Positions 52,699 to 64,000 of a stretch of 64,000 nt of DNA are shown piece by piece; position 1 is the first letter of the stretch, and the number at the start of each line of letters is the position of its first letter. The stretch comes from Octopus sinensis. Its lineage: Eukaryota. The translations under genes were made by a program, and so were the position numbers. The DNA lies in contig NC_042997.1 in the NCBI RefSeq assembly GCF_006345805.1, positions 100,626,001 through 100,690,000 on the forward strand, written 5' to 3'. A model generated the notes under the pieces. The model worked only from the letters and a program-made list of their open reading frames with translations, was not told the DNA's origin and made no database searches.

Positions 52699-53382
52699 GT
52701 TTCTTTTCTTCCTATACCTTTATTTCTTCGATTTGTGCATAGAAATTCCCCATCCCATCATACTTGCTTTGTTACTAGTAATTATTATTATTACTATATC
52801 TTATAAGGCCGCGAGCTGGTAGAATTGTTAGCACACCGGACAAAATACTTAGCGGTACTTCGTCCGCCTTTACGTTCCGAGTCTAAATTTCGTGGAGGGC
52901 GACTTTGCCTTTCATCCCTTTCGGGGTCGATAAATTAAGTAACAGTTAATCACTGTGATCGATGTAGTCAACTAGTCCCTTCCCCCAAAATTCTAGACCT
53001 TGTGCTTATAGCAGAAAGGATAATTTTTGTCTTATCTTTAATACTCTAAAATAAACATTCTTCAGTAACATTTCCTATTGAGATCATTTGGAACCAAACT
53101 GGAAGTATGTAGCTGACCATGTATTTCTTTCGGATGAAAGTATTCAAGCCAAACAATTTCATATTATAGCAAATAAATATTCTGTGGGATTCCTTTGGCA
53201 AAAAAGTTTAGCCACACAATTCAGTTTTCGTGCTTATTCTCACTTATGGTGATCAATGTTGCCTTATGGCCGACAGAGTAAGATCGAAATTACAAGCGGC
53301 CGAAATTGGATTCCTCCAAAGGATCTTTGGAGTAACGCTAGATGCGCATTTCTGCCTCGTTGGGTATTGTGAGTAGCATGTA

Positions 53383-54170
53383 CTCATAACCAACTGTATG
53401 CTAAGATGAAATCTATCATCACCGATATAAGGAAAGAGGAAATGAACGATCATTGGTGTTGCGAATAGCTGCCCGATCGAATAAAAATCTGTACATTCTC
53501 ACTAGCCACCAAGTCGGGCGAAATGCTAGCGGAACCTCTCTATCTTGACGTTCTGAGTTCAAATTCCGCCGTGGTCGACTTGCCTTTGTGGTGAGTTCTG
53601 TATAACTTCTGGATGATGTGGAAGTCAGGGACTTCCGATTCATCCCTTATATAAAGCGTGGTTGCAAAGTATGCTCATGTAATTATATGTTAACGCAGTA
53701 ATAAATGTTATGACTTATTATGAACGTCTCACAAGTTCTTATTTTTCTTGTCGCATGCATCACTACACCTTTCATCCTTTCGGGGTCGATAAATTAAGTA
53801 CCAGTTGCGTATTGGGGTCGATCTAATCGACTGGCCCCTTCCCCCAAAATTTCGGGCTTTGTGTCTAGAGTAGAAAAGATTCTCATAAGCCACTGCTGAA
53901 AATTTTGGTTTGCCTCCGATATATTTTGTTTCAAACACTGCACGTTCATAAAATATATCCCCGGATGAATACCACTGCAAATTTGCTTTCCACGATGTAT
54001 TTACATTTACTATGATACACATATATCTATTTTAATCCAGTATTACTTCAGTTGCGCACAACGATTTTTTATTCAATTAGATGACTATTCGCAACACCAG
54101 TGATTATCCATTCACCGTTTTCCTATATCAGCGGCGACAGATTTCGTCTTAACATGTGGTTGGCTGTGAG
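53383..54170. mobile_element. TA-flanked ~90-bp-TIR element (Tc1/mariner superfamily MITE) with nested SINE fragments
   Basis: TA|CTCATAACCAAC...GGTGTTGCGAATAG versus CTATTCGCAACACC...GGTTGGCTGTGAG|TA. The arms are about 75% identical by eye. Confidence 0.65.
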
Positions 54171-54204
<34 letters not shown>

Positions 54205-54419
54205 TGTATGCATGTATGTATGTATGTATGTATCTATGTATGTGTGTGTGTATGTATGTATGTATGTATGTATGTATGTATGTATGTACGTACGTACGTA
54301 CGTACGTACGTATGTATGTATGTATGTATGCATGTCTCTCTCTTTAATATATATATATATATAAAATAAGAAAACAAAGAAGGAAAATGCATACACTTTA
54401 CATAGTTTTAATATAATTT

Positions 54420-55200
54420 TTAATATATCGACCGGTTCCGCTTTCGCTATTCATGACATTAAAATTTAATTATTTAGATACGTATTTTCTTAAGGAGAAA
54501 GTTTTTGGTCCATGTTGTGTGAGATATTTTTGAGTGAATGATACAAACAGTAGAAAAACTAAGGAGAGGTAATTGGTTATCGTTATTATTGTGGACAGGG
54601 GAGATAACTGTTCAGCTTACGGGAGGGGCGTGGAAATATATATATATATACACAAAAATTTGAAAACTAGTTTAGTGATATACTCGAGTATATGTAAAAA
54701 GATCAAAGTTGGTTATGCGTGTATATTTAGACGCGTTCTGTATTTTTCGATGAAAAAAGCTTATTTAGACGTTCTTATGGAGAAATTGTATCTTTACTCT
54801 GGTAGAAGGGGAAGATTGTGAAGTTTGATTTAGTGTTACCTGCACATTTCTCTATGTGTTCACTTAGAAGAATTTGTCTGTATTGCGGGAACCGGATCTG
54901 CTCTTTATGTAGAATGGTTCTCTATTTCAAAGTCATACTTGTCTGTCCAATATAGTGTTGTCTACACCCCGAGCAGGTTATTTCATAAATTAGGTTCTCA
55001 GAGGCACAAGTGAAACTGGTTTTAATTGTGAACCTCTCGCCTTGTTTGAAAAGGAAATCCGAGCCTTCAAGTAGGTTGGAGCATGTTCCACAGTTTGGGC
55101 GTCCGCATTTTTTAACCATTGGTTTCGTGGTTGTTTTGTAAAGATTCGCATTTGTTACAAGTCTCTTTAGTGATTTATGTTGCTTTTTGCATTTGATTAG
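54420..55200 (-). mobile_element. Penelope-like GIY-YIG fragment plus 3' region
   Basis: KCGRPNCGTCSNL...FTCASENLIYEITCSGCRQHYIGQT. A hammerhead-like remnant lies at 54425-54459. Confidence 0.8.
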
Positions 55201-55214
55201 TTTATGCGTTTTCA

Positions 55215-55255
<41 letters not shown>

Positions 55256-55400
55256 TATATGTATATAATTTTATTCTTTTACTTGTTTCAATTAGTTGAC
55301 ACCAGCCATCCTGAGGCACCACTTTGAAAGGTTTAATTGAATAAATAGATCCCAGTACTTATTCTTTTAAAGATTAGTACTTATTCTATCGGTTCCTTAT

Positions 55401-55479
<79 letters not shown>

Positions 55480-56419
55480 AATATATATGCCAAACTTTCG
55501 TACAGTTACTGTCCATCAAATTTACTCACAAGGCATTGGTAGGTCCGGGGCTATAGAAGAAGACTCTTGCCCAAGGTGCAGCGCAAGGGGACTGAACTCG
55601 AAATCACATGGTTGCAAATCCAACTTCTTCACGACACTATATTTACATACGCATACGCGCGCGCACATAAACACACGCGCACACATACATACGAAAATAC
55701 ACACACGCACACGCAAATACACAGATCCACACACACACAAATCCACACACACACAAATCCACACACACACTCACACACACATACACAAATACACACACAC
55801 AAATACACATACACACACACACACATGCACGCACGCACGAACTCACACATATAAGCTTATTCATCTTTGTTATGTTTCAATTATATTATTTACGTAGGAT
55901 TATAAATGCGTTCTACCTTTTTTTTATGTCTTAGTGTCTCGTGTCTCGTATGCTGACGATAAGATTGGGCAATTGCTGTGCTAAGGACATCTATTGAGGC
56001 AGAAATAATTACCCAACAGCTGTCTGTCTTCAGACAAGTAGACCACCTTTTCCTGAATAGCACGGCCAGTTTGGAGAATTTTTGATTCTTAAGATAATCT
56101 CGCTTTCTCATTTGGAGTTGGTACTAATTGCTTTCAAGGAATTGGTCTACCTATTTTGAAAGCAGAGATAATTTCAATGAATTAAAAATTTATCTTGTAT
56201 GTTATATAATATATCCTTATTCGCCTCTATTATATATGTACTCACACACACACACACAGACGCACGCACATACACACATGTATGTATTGAGTATTGCTTA
56301 AATATTGTATTGCTTAAATATAGCCAATTAGTTGATTGGGATACTTTTACGTGTTGTATATGATTAGAATATTTTTGAAATCCTAAACAAAATTTAAGGA
56401 AAGAAACATGTTTTCAGAT

Positions 56420-56497
56420 ATGAAGGAAGCAGAAGACAAAAGTGGCGAAACTGAAAATGAAACCAAGAAGCCGGATAAAGTATCAATCTTTCAATTG
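56420..56497 (+). CDS. ABCB (P-glycoprotein/MDR-like) transporter, first coding exon
   Basis: Acceptor TTTTCAG at 56411-17; MKEAEDKSGETENETKKPDKVSIFQL|GTAAGT, corresponding to ABCB1 VSVFSM|FRY. Confidence 0.8.
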
Positions 56498-56914
56498 GTA
56501 AGTAGATAATGATTAAAAATATTCCTGTAAAAAAACTATAAACTAACATCTAATTTGTGTGAAGAGACTAAACAATAAATGAAAAGAAAAAAATCAACTA
56601 AATATTGACGCATATACAAACACACACACGTTTAGTATTGACTGTTGGAAAAAAGAGTACTCAGCACCATAGTAGAGATTAATGATAAATTTTATCTTGG
56701 TCGAGTCAGTTTCTTGCCTCTCTGAGTTTCGCCTGTGAATGCTCAGGCTTTTCAAGGAAGTTAAAACCTCCTGTACCGGCAAAGGTGCTAAATATTGTTT
56801 CGCTTGGATGGTTATAATTTTCAGATTGTGAAACAAAAGAGGATGAAAACGCAATTAAAGTTTCTCATGAGATTACGTTTGCACGTTAGAAATACATGAT
56901 TATTCGAAGGAATA

Positions 56915-57505
56915 TTGGTTTCAAATCTTGGCACAAGGCCAGCAATTTTGGGGCAGGGAGCAATTCGATTTCATCGTCCGCAGTGTTGAACAGGTACTTA
57001 TTTTATCGACCTCGAAGGGATGAAGGGCAAAGTCAACCTCGACAGAATTTGAACTCAGAGCATAAAGACGGACGAAATACCTATTTCTTTACTACCCACA
57101 ATGGCCTAAACACAGAGAGGACAAACAAGGACAGAAAAACGGATTAAGTCGGTTATATCGATCCCAGTGCGTAACTGGTACTTGTTTAACCGACCCCGAA
57201 AGGATGAAAGGCAAAGTCGACCTCGGCGGAATTTGAACTCAGAATTTGAAATAGCGGCAGACGAAATACCTATTTCTATTTCTTTACTACCCACAAGGGA
57301 CTAAACACAGAGAGGAAAAACAAGGACAAACAAACGGATTAAGTCGATTACACCGACCCCAGTGCGTAACTGGTACTTTTTTAATCGTCCCCGAAAGGAT
57401 GAAAGGCAAAGTAGACCTCGGCGGAATTTGAACTCAAAACGTAGCGGCAGACGAAATACCGCTAAGCATGTTACCCGGTGCTAACCGGTTCTGTCAGTTT
57501 GCTTC
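56915..57505 (-). mobile_element. Chimeric SINE array: head, two bodies of subfamily A, one body of subfamily B
   Basis: Junctions read AAAGAAATA|GGTATTTCGTC. The last body has the different tail TTGTGCCAAGATTTGAAACC. Confidence 0.8.
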
Positions 57506-58808
57506 CTTTATGCTGCTGATATTTATCGTTAATAAGAACATGTCTCAATTATTAATTAAGGCAAAATTAACAAAGTTTTATCTGAAATGCTAACACCTGA
57601 ACAAGAATCTACTGTTTCTTTTTCAGTTTCACAACCCAGTTCTGCGAAATCAGTGTCGCGACAGGAACGCATGGATTGGGAGTTTGACTGGCAGAGGTGA
57701 TCAAGTTGCGCCAGCCCTTTTGATACCAGCCCCCCCTCACCTAACCCCCTTGTCCTATGAGTGAATAGCAATGGTAGGAAGAAAAGTGCTGATTCCAGCG
57801 AAAAGACAGAGCAATTAGAGCACAAAAAACAAACAGCATTCAAAGTGATTTTATGAGTATGATGCATTGAAGCAAGTAACGCAGTAAGGTCAATAGTTAT
57901 AAGTTCTTGACGCATAGAAGCACGTTAGGCATCAAGGTTAACTAATGTATAAATAATAGGCATGCCTTTTCGCCGGAAGGCTAATTGGGCTTCCGATCCA
58001 CTGAAACGGAGGAGGTTAGGTTCGGAACACAACTAAGCCTTCAACTAAAACCTAGACTAACCTTACGGAAGGGGGCTCGGGAGTCTCTAATAGGCAGCTT
58101 CTAATCCCGATCTATCACTAACCCATCCTAGGGGTTCTAAATGACATGGCTGTAGAGGAAATTGGCTGTGGAGATGTGCATGGCAGGTTTGTTTCGGAGG
58201 AGGACAACTGCATTGGATTAAGGACCATTGAAGAATGTAGCTTTGGAGATCCTAACTCGTTAATTATTCCCTGCATTTCTCAAATCAAAAAACCGTGCAC
58301 GTTTGAAAGCCAAAACACATGATAACGCGTCTTCGCAAAACACAAGAATGCGCTGAGTCATACAGACTGTCTGCAAGTGCGCACGCGCATTTAACTGTCA
58401 AGGGTAAAATTATGTCCGTCCAATCAAAAAACTGCTGGCAGTCTATTGGCGTATCAAGCTGTACGCACGCACCGCGTACAAATTTCTATGTTTTAGCGAT
58501 TTTGAATGGATATGTATAGGGGGTCGGTTTATCGATTTTTTAGTGGCTTTCTGGAGTGACTGGGGAAAGGAAAATATCTACACGACCACCCTCAGACAGT
58601 CTTGAAAGCCCATAGAAAATGCGAGCCTTTTACGTGAAAAACTGTGGATTTGTATAAAGGACACACAGACACACAGATTCAGATACACAGACATTTTGCC
58701 GTTTATAGATATAGAGATAATAACAATGTCATTGGTGGCGGTGATTGAGGCGATGAATTTACTATCTAATGTATTATTACTTGGAAACATTATATTTCTA
58801 TTTTTCAG

Positions 58809-58954
58809 TTTCGCTTTGCAACAAAGTTGGATATATTCATCATGATAGTTGCAACTATTATGTCTGTTGCACATGGAATGGTACTAGTTGTGTTCGTAAT
58901 TGTATTTGTCGATATGGCAAAGAAATTATCTGATTCACATTCAGTTGTAGAAAG
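58809..58954 (+). CDS. ABCB transporter exon (TM1)
   Basis: TTTCAG|FRFATKLDIFIMIVATIMSVAHGMVLVVFVIVFVDMAKKLSDSHSVVE+AG|GTAAGT. Confidence 0.9.
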
Positions 58955-59428
58955 GTAAGTTGTTTTACTTTTGTGAACGCAAATGTTTTATCAATTCTAG
59001 TTCAGTACGTGGAAATTTCACAGTTATTTTGAAAACTATAAGACTTCAATAAGACTATAAGACTTCAATAAACACTTCGGCCGTTCCTTCATTCCCAGAA
59101 CTGTTATCCTCTGCAATTTCCTCCTGTCCACATTTGATCTGTGAACACCAACATACAGATGTTAAAGGTGATCACGAACTGCAGCAATTACATGGAAGGG
59201 CATGTTAAACATTATGTGCCCTACTCTGTCCCATCTGACTAAAAATATACATAAAAGACATAGGTTGATGGTCGAATATTTTAAATGATTAAATATAGTT
59301 TTTCAAGTAAAAAGAATCAATTCCACACAACACAACAGGAAACTATTTGAGGACTTATACTACTCGTGGATTCTGACAAAATTTATCAAAATACTGGGAT
59401 TTCCATACAATTTACTTTCTTTTGGTAG

Positions 59429-59505
59429 GATATGCGATTTCAATGATACCGTTCCTGATGAAGTTGTACTCGATGAGATAAGCGATAATTGTTATCAATT
59501 TGTAG
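59429..59505 (+). CDS. ABCB transporter exon (extracellular loop 1/TM2 start)
   Basis: GGTAG|(R)ICDFNDTVPDEVVLDEISDNCYQFV+G|GTAAG. Phases 2/1 fit both neighbouring exons, and the exon includes an N-D-T sequon. Confidence 0.82.
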
Positions 59506-60195
59506 GTAAGATTTTCCCAGTCATTTTTATTTTAATAAATATTATATAATGTTTCTACTGGATTGGTTCGATTTTCGATTCAGTCACTTTACTTCACTTT
59601 GCAGCTTCAATATCGGTTTGTTATTAACAGTTTAGAGAGAGCCTGGCTGCATCTAAGTTAATTTATTCTCGACACATAACATTACGGTTTTCTAATTTAA
59701 GGTATTTATATAAGGTCGTAAATTATTGAACCATTGTTTTATATCTTAGATATTAAAAAACAAATATATTGTTTAGAATAGTTGATGGAAGACTTTTGAA
59801 ATTATGTACAAATATTATAAAATAGTACCAGCGAGCTATTTAATAATCTTTTCTGCTATAGGTACAAGGCCTGAAATTTAGTGGGAAGGGACTAGTCGAT
59901 TTCATTGATCCCAGTGTTTTACTGGTACTTAATTTACCGACCGCGAAAGGATGAAAGGCAAAGATGACCTCGACGAAATTTGAACTGAGAACATAGCGAC
60001 AGGCAAAATATTGCTAAGCATTTCGTCCAGCGTGCTAATGATCCTGCCATCCCACCGCCATAGTGAGCTATTTAATAATGTAATAGCATTACAAACAATA
60101 TTATTTAATAACGTATTATAATATAGCCCAACTATTATAGTCTCAAAGCCTGAAATTGTGGGGGGAAGAGCTTGTCGATTACATCGACCCCAGTG

Positions 60196-60742
60196 TTCGG
60201 ATCTTTTCTGTTTGGCTGAACTTTTTTTAAATTTTTAAATTAAGTGAAATTTTTCAAATTTGGTGTATTGATGTAAATTTTCACACTGAATCTCAGGATA
60301 TAATTCACTTGTTCTAGAAAAAAGTTTAAAAAAAGTTACAAAGTTGCGACGATGTCTTAAGTATTTAATAAGCGAAAATTAATAAAAAACGAGTAAACAA
60401 CACATATATTTTGTAGTTTTAAGTATTCAACATGTATTAAATGCGAAAAAAATAGTAAACAACATATTTTGTTTTTCATAAGCACACGATTTATACAGGA
60501 GAGTGCCAACGCTTGGCTTGTTACTACGGAAACAGGCACCTATATGTCTGTGGCTTTCGATTGGCTAAAATTATCCCAAATTTGCAAACTTTAAAAGCTA
60601 TTAACTGTTTATTTATTGATAAATGGTGAAAATGAAAATTAGCATACAAAACTACATCAATACATCAAATCTGAAATCAATTGGACGAAACTGAACAGAT
60701 CCAGAAACTGAAAAGTGGCAGCCTAACATAAAAAGATCCCGA
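60196..60742. mobile_element. MITE (GATCTTTT termini) inserted into a SINE
   Basis: The SINE reads ATCGACCCCAGTG|...|TGCTCAACTGG across the insert, whose termini are TCGGATCTTTT and AAAAGATCCCGA. Confidence 0.75.
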
Positions 60743-61529
60743 TGCTCAACTGGTTTATATTTTAGTGACCATGAAAGGATGAAAGGTAAATTCAACAATT
60801 GCGGAATTTGAGCTCAGAACACAAAGTCGGAAGAAATACTGCCATGTATTTTGTCCGGCGTCCCTTCGATTCGACATCGTTAACAGTGTAAAATTGCGAA
60901 TGTACTTTTCTTGCGTGAGACTGGATAAAGAATATAATATGTAAAGAGAGCAAGACTTTCTCTGAAATAGGTTTTAGATTAGATGAAGAGAAATCAGGTC
61001 TTTGAAGTAATTTGACAGTTTTGAATTTATCAGTTAAATGACAAATATTTCTGTTTGATTTAGTTAAAAAAATTTTAGGTAGAATTTTGTGATAATTAAA
61101 GTATTTCGTTAACTGCAATTATCATCGATAGACTTTCTTGTAACATTGACCATGGGCTGAAATACATACAGCATGTAAGCGCATACATGCATATATTTCA
61201 TTAATAAATAAGACAAATACCTATTTTAATAACATAAACGTAATAGGGTGGTGGATTAATAGATCTAGTAGAGTCCTACCTATAGACTCAAAAAGCCGGT
61301 TACTGTGGTTTATATATTCCCCATCTGGACGGAACGTCAGTCCATCACAGAATTTCTTTTTTCTTTGCCAGCTAACTGAATTGGAGCAACGTGAAATGAA
61401 ATGACTTACTCAAGAACACAAAACATTGTCCAGTCCAGAAATCGAAACCATATGATCATGAGTCAAACACCCTAATCACTAACCCATGCGCCTCTACTAT
61501 TTATAGCATTACTGTTATTAAAGTTTATC

Positions 61530-62000
61530 AATATTGGTTTCAAATTTTGTCACAAGGCCAGCAACTTCGGGGGAGGGGTAGGTCGATGACATTGGCCCCC
61601 AGTACTCAACTGGTATTTATTTTATCGACTCTGAAAGAATGAAAGGCAAAGTCAACCTCTGCAGAATTTGAACTCAGTATGTAAGGATGGACGAAATGCC
61701 GCTAAGCATTTTACACGGCATACTAACCGGTTCTGCCAGTTCGTTGTTTTATTAAAGTTTATCAATATTAATATACATATAAGGCAGCGAAGTGGCAGAA
61801 TCGTTAGCACGCCAGGCAAAATGCTTAGCAGTATTTCGTCTGTCTTTACGTTCTGAGTTCAAATTCCGCCGAGGTCAACTTTGTCTTTCATCCCTTTCAA
61901 GATCAGCAAAATAAGCACTGGAGGGAGGGGGGAGGGTTGACGTAGTCAACTTAATCCCTCTCCTGAAATTGCTGACCTTGAGCCAAAATATGAAACCGAT
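61530..62000. mobile_element. Divergent (head-to-head) SINE pair
   Basis: 61530-61745 on the minus strand and 61785-62000 on the plus strand, same family. Confidence 0.8.
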
Positions 62001-62059
62001 ATCAACATACATTTACTAACCAGGTTTCCATTCAAACATATTTTTTTCTGTATCTTTAG

Positions 62060-62228
62060 CCTTAGCAGGTTCAGTATTTATCGCAAGCTTTGGTAATGCC
62101 CTCTGGAGAATTACCTCAGAGAGACAAATGCTTTGCATGAGGACAAATATTATGAGAAGCATTTTGCGGCAAGATCTATCGTGGTTCGACAAGTATACCC
62201 CTGGAATGTTAATCAGCTATCAGGCAGA
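62060..62228 (+). CDS. ABCB transporter exon (TM2/ICL1)
   Basis: CTTTAG|(A)LAGSVFIASFGNALWRITSERQMLCMRTNIMRSILRQDLSWFDKYTPGMLISYQA+GA|GTAAGT, corresponding to ABCB1 RQ..KIR..FFHAIMRQEIGWFD. Confidence 0.92.
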
Positions 62229-62264
62229 GTAAGTATTTCATCATTTAATATTAGTAGAATGCTA

Positions 62265-62920
62265 GGCAGTGAGCGGGCAGAATTGTTAGCACAACAGGCA
62301 AAATGCCGAGTAGCATTTTGTCGGTCTTTACTTCTGAGTTTAAATTCCGCCGAGGGTGACTTTGCGTTTTATCCTTTCGGGATTGATAAAATGAGTGCCA
62401 GTTGGGCCCTGGGGGTCGATGTAATCGCCTTAACTCCTTTTGCCGAACTTGTACCAGAATTTGAAATCAATATTAGTTGAGTACAGAATGGCAAAATGGC
62501 AGAATCGTTTGTATGCCAGACAAAATGCTTAATGACATTTCGTCTGTCTTTATGTTCTGAGTTCAAATTCCGCCGAGGTCGACTTTGCCTTCCATCCTAT
62601 CGATGTCAATAAAATAAGTACCAGTTGAGCACTTGGGTCAATGTAACCGACTTACCCCTTCTCTCGAAATTACTGAACTTGTGTCAAAATTTGAAACAAT
62701 ATATTAGCTGAGTACCGGGGCGGTAAGTCGACGGAATTGTTAAAGTCTTGACCAAAATACCTTCAGGTATTTCCTTCCCAACTTTCACATTCTGTGTTCG
62801 ACTCCTGCCGAGATCAACTTCCCTTTAATTTTTCCGGGATTGAGAACACAAAGCACCAATCAAATACTGACGTCAATATTATCGACTTATTTCCTTTTCT
62901 TAAAATTATTGACCTTTGAA
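62265..62920 (+). mobile_element. Three successive same-strand SINE copies
   Basis: Heads at ~62265, ~62490 and ~62715. Confidence 0.75.
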
Positions 62921-63052
62921 CCTAAACCAAAAACTGACATTACTTGAATATTTTTAGCATTAAACAATTTCTTAAAATTAAGTTAACTTTTGTTTTTCCT
63001 TCATTCTTAAATAATGTTTGTAATAGAATTTTTTGATGTATATATTTTCTAG

Positions 63053-63224
63053 ATCGATTACCACAATCTCTCGTGGCCTTGGAAGCTCTTTTAGCACCTT
63101 GGTTCAAACAGCTTCTGGAAGTATTGGGGCTATAATAGTTGGATTTTGCTATCAATGGAAAGTGACATTAGTCCTGCTTTCAGTTATTCCTTTAGTAAGT
63201 TTAACAACTCTCGCCATAAATAAG
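63053..63224 (+). CDS. ABCB transporter exon (TM3-TM4); the gene continues beyond the window
   Basis: TTCTAG|(E)SITTISRGLGSSFSTLVQTASGSIGAIIVGFCYQWKVTLVLLSVIPLVSLTTLAINK|GTAAGG, corresponding to ABCB1 GFTRGWKLTLVILAISP. Confidence 0.93.
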
Positions 63225-63404
63225 GTAAGGAAACGGCCACTTTTAAACATTTGATACAATGAGAAACATAAGAGTTATTGAATTACTATTTGATATGTAC
63301 CTTCCTTTTATTTTAGTGTTATACTTTCCTAGGTTGAACAAATTTTTTTCTGAGTTCAATTTGAATTATGTAGTGGAATGATTTATTTTTACTGTTTCAT
63401 AGTC

Positions 63405-64000
63405 ATGGCTGTGTGGTTAAGAAGCTTGCTTCTCAACCAAGTGGTTTTGAGTTAAGTCTTACTGCGCAGCACCCCGAGAAAGAGTTTTCAACTATAGCCC
63501 CGAGTGGACCAAAGCCCTGCAAGTGGATTTGGCAGATGGAAACTGAATGAAATCCATCATATCTCTCTCTCTATTTTATATGTATGTATGTGTGTGTCAT
63601 TATGCATGTATGTGTATGTCGTTATGTTTGTGTCTGTTTTCTCTCATTGCTTGACAACCGGTGTTGGTTTGTTAACATTCCCATAACTTAGCAGTTCGGC
63701 TGAAGAGGTCATATAGGATAAGTATCAGGCTTAAAAATAAGTACTGGTTTCAGTTCGTTCAACTAAACCTTTTATGACAATGTCCAAGCGTGGCTGTAGT
63801 CCAATAACTGAAACAAGTAGAAAATCAAAGAAAGATTCTGGACAGTAAAAATAGTAAAATCTTTTTTCTGAAAGAAAGACCTGAAAGCAGGAGTGGCTGT
63901 GTGGTAAGTAGCTTGCTAACCAACCACATGGTTCCGGGTTCAGTCCCACTGCGTGGCATCTTGGGCAAGTGTCTTCTGCTATAGCCCCGGGCCGACCAAT
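63405..64000 (+). mobile_element. tRNA-derived SINEs (full copy 63405-63830; young copy from ~63890, cut off by the window end)
   Basis: GGAGTGGCTGTGTGGTAAG...GGTTCAGTCCCACTGCGTGGCATCTTGGGCAAGTG. Confidence 0.85.

Noticed and set aside
37220-57505. Regularly spaced ~183-bp repeats as CRISPR-like arrays
   Set aside because: The units are whole SINE bodies with no unique spacers, in a eukaryotic context.

Overview
AT-rich, repeat-saturated animal genomic DNA, most likely octopus. This is inferred from the tRNA-derived SINE families, RTE/Penelope content and giant TA/TATG microsatellites; the species was not verified. Two host genes, both on the + strand, can be spliced together by hand. (1) A CDCA7-like zf-4CXXC_R1 gene with five exons between 20598 and 35633, all GT-AG and in frame; its 5' end is unresolved. 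(2) The N-terminal five coding exons of a divergent ABCB1/P-glycoprotein-type ABC transporter (56420-63224), which continues beyond the window. The rest is transposon-derived: a near-intact CR1-group LINE ORF2 between two 1.4-kb microsatellites, an RTE LINE and tail fragments, R4/Dong-like fragments, several Penelope-like elements, mariner, hAT, piggyBac, Tigger and Helitron derivatives, and many SINEs. The most notable observations are: three of four piggyBac-type MITEs lie 35-44 nt behind CDCA7 5' splice sites; a canonical minimal hammerhead ribozyme plus decayed relatives in Penelope termini; head-less SINE units stacked at one recurrent junction; an internal 5' inversion in a Penelope ORF; and a mariner foldback whose template-switch hairpin is still visible. 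Nearly all long ORFs in the supplied track are microsatellite artefacts. Exon, TSD and hairpin coordinates were counted by hand; other repeat boundaries are approximate.
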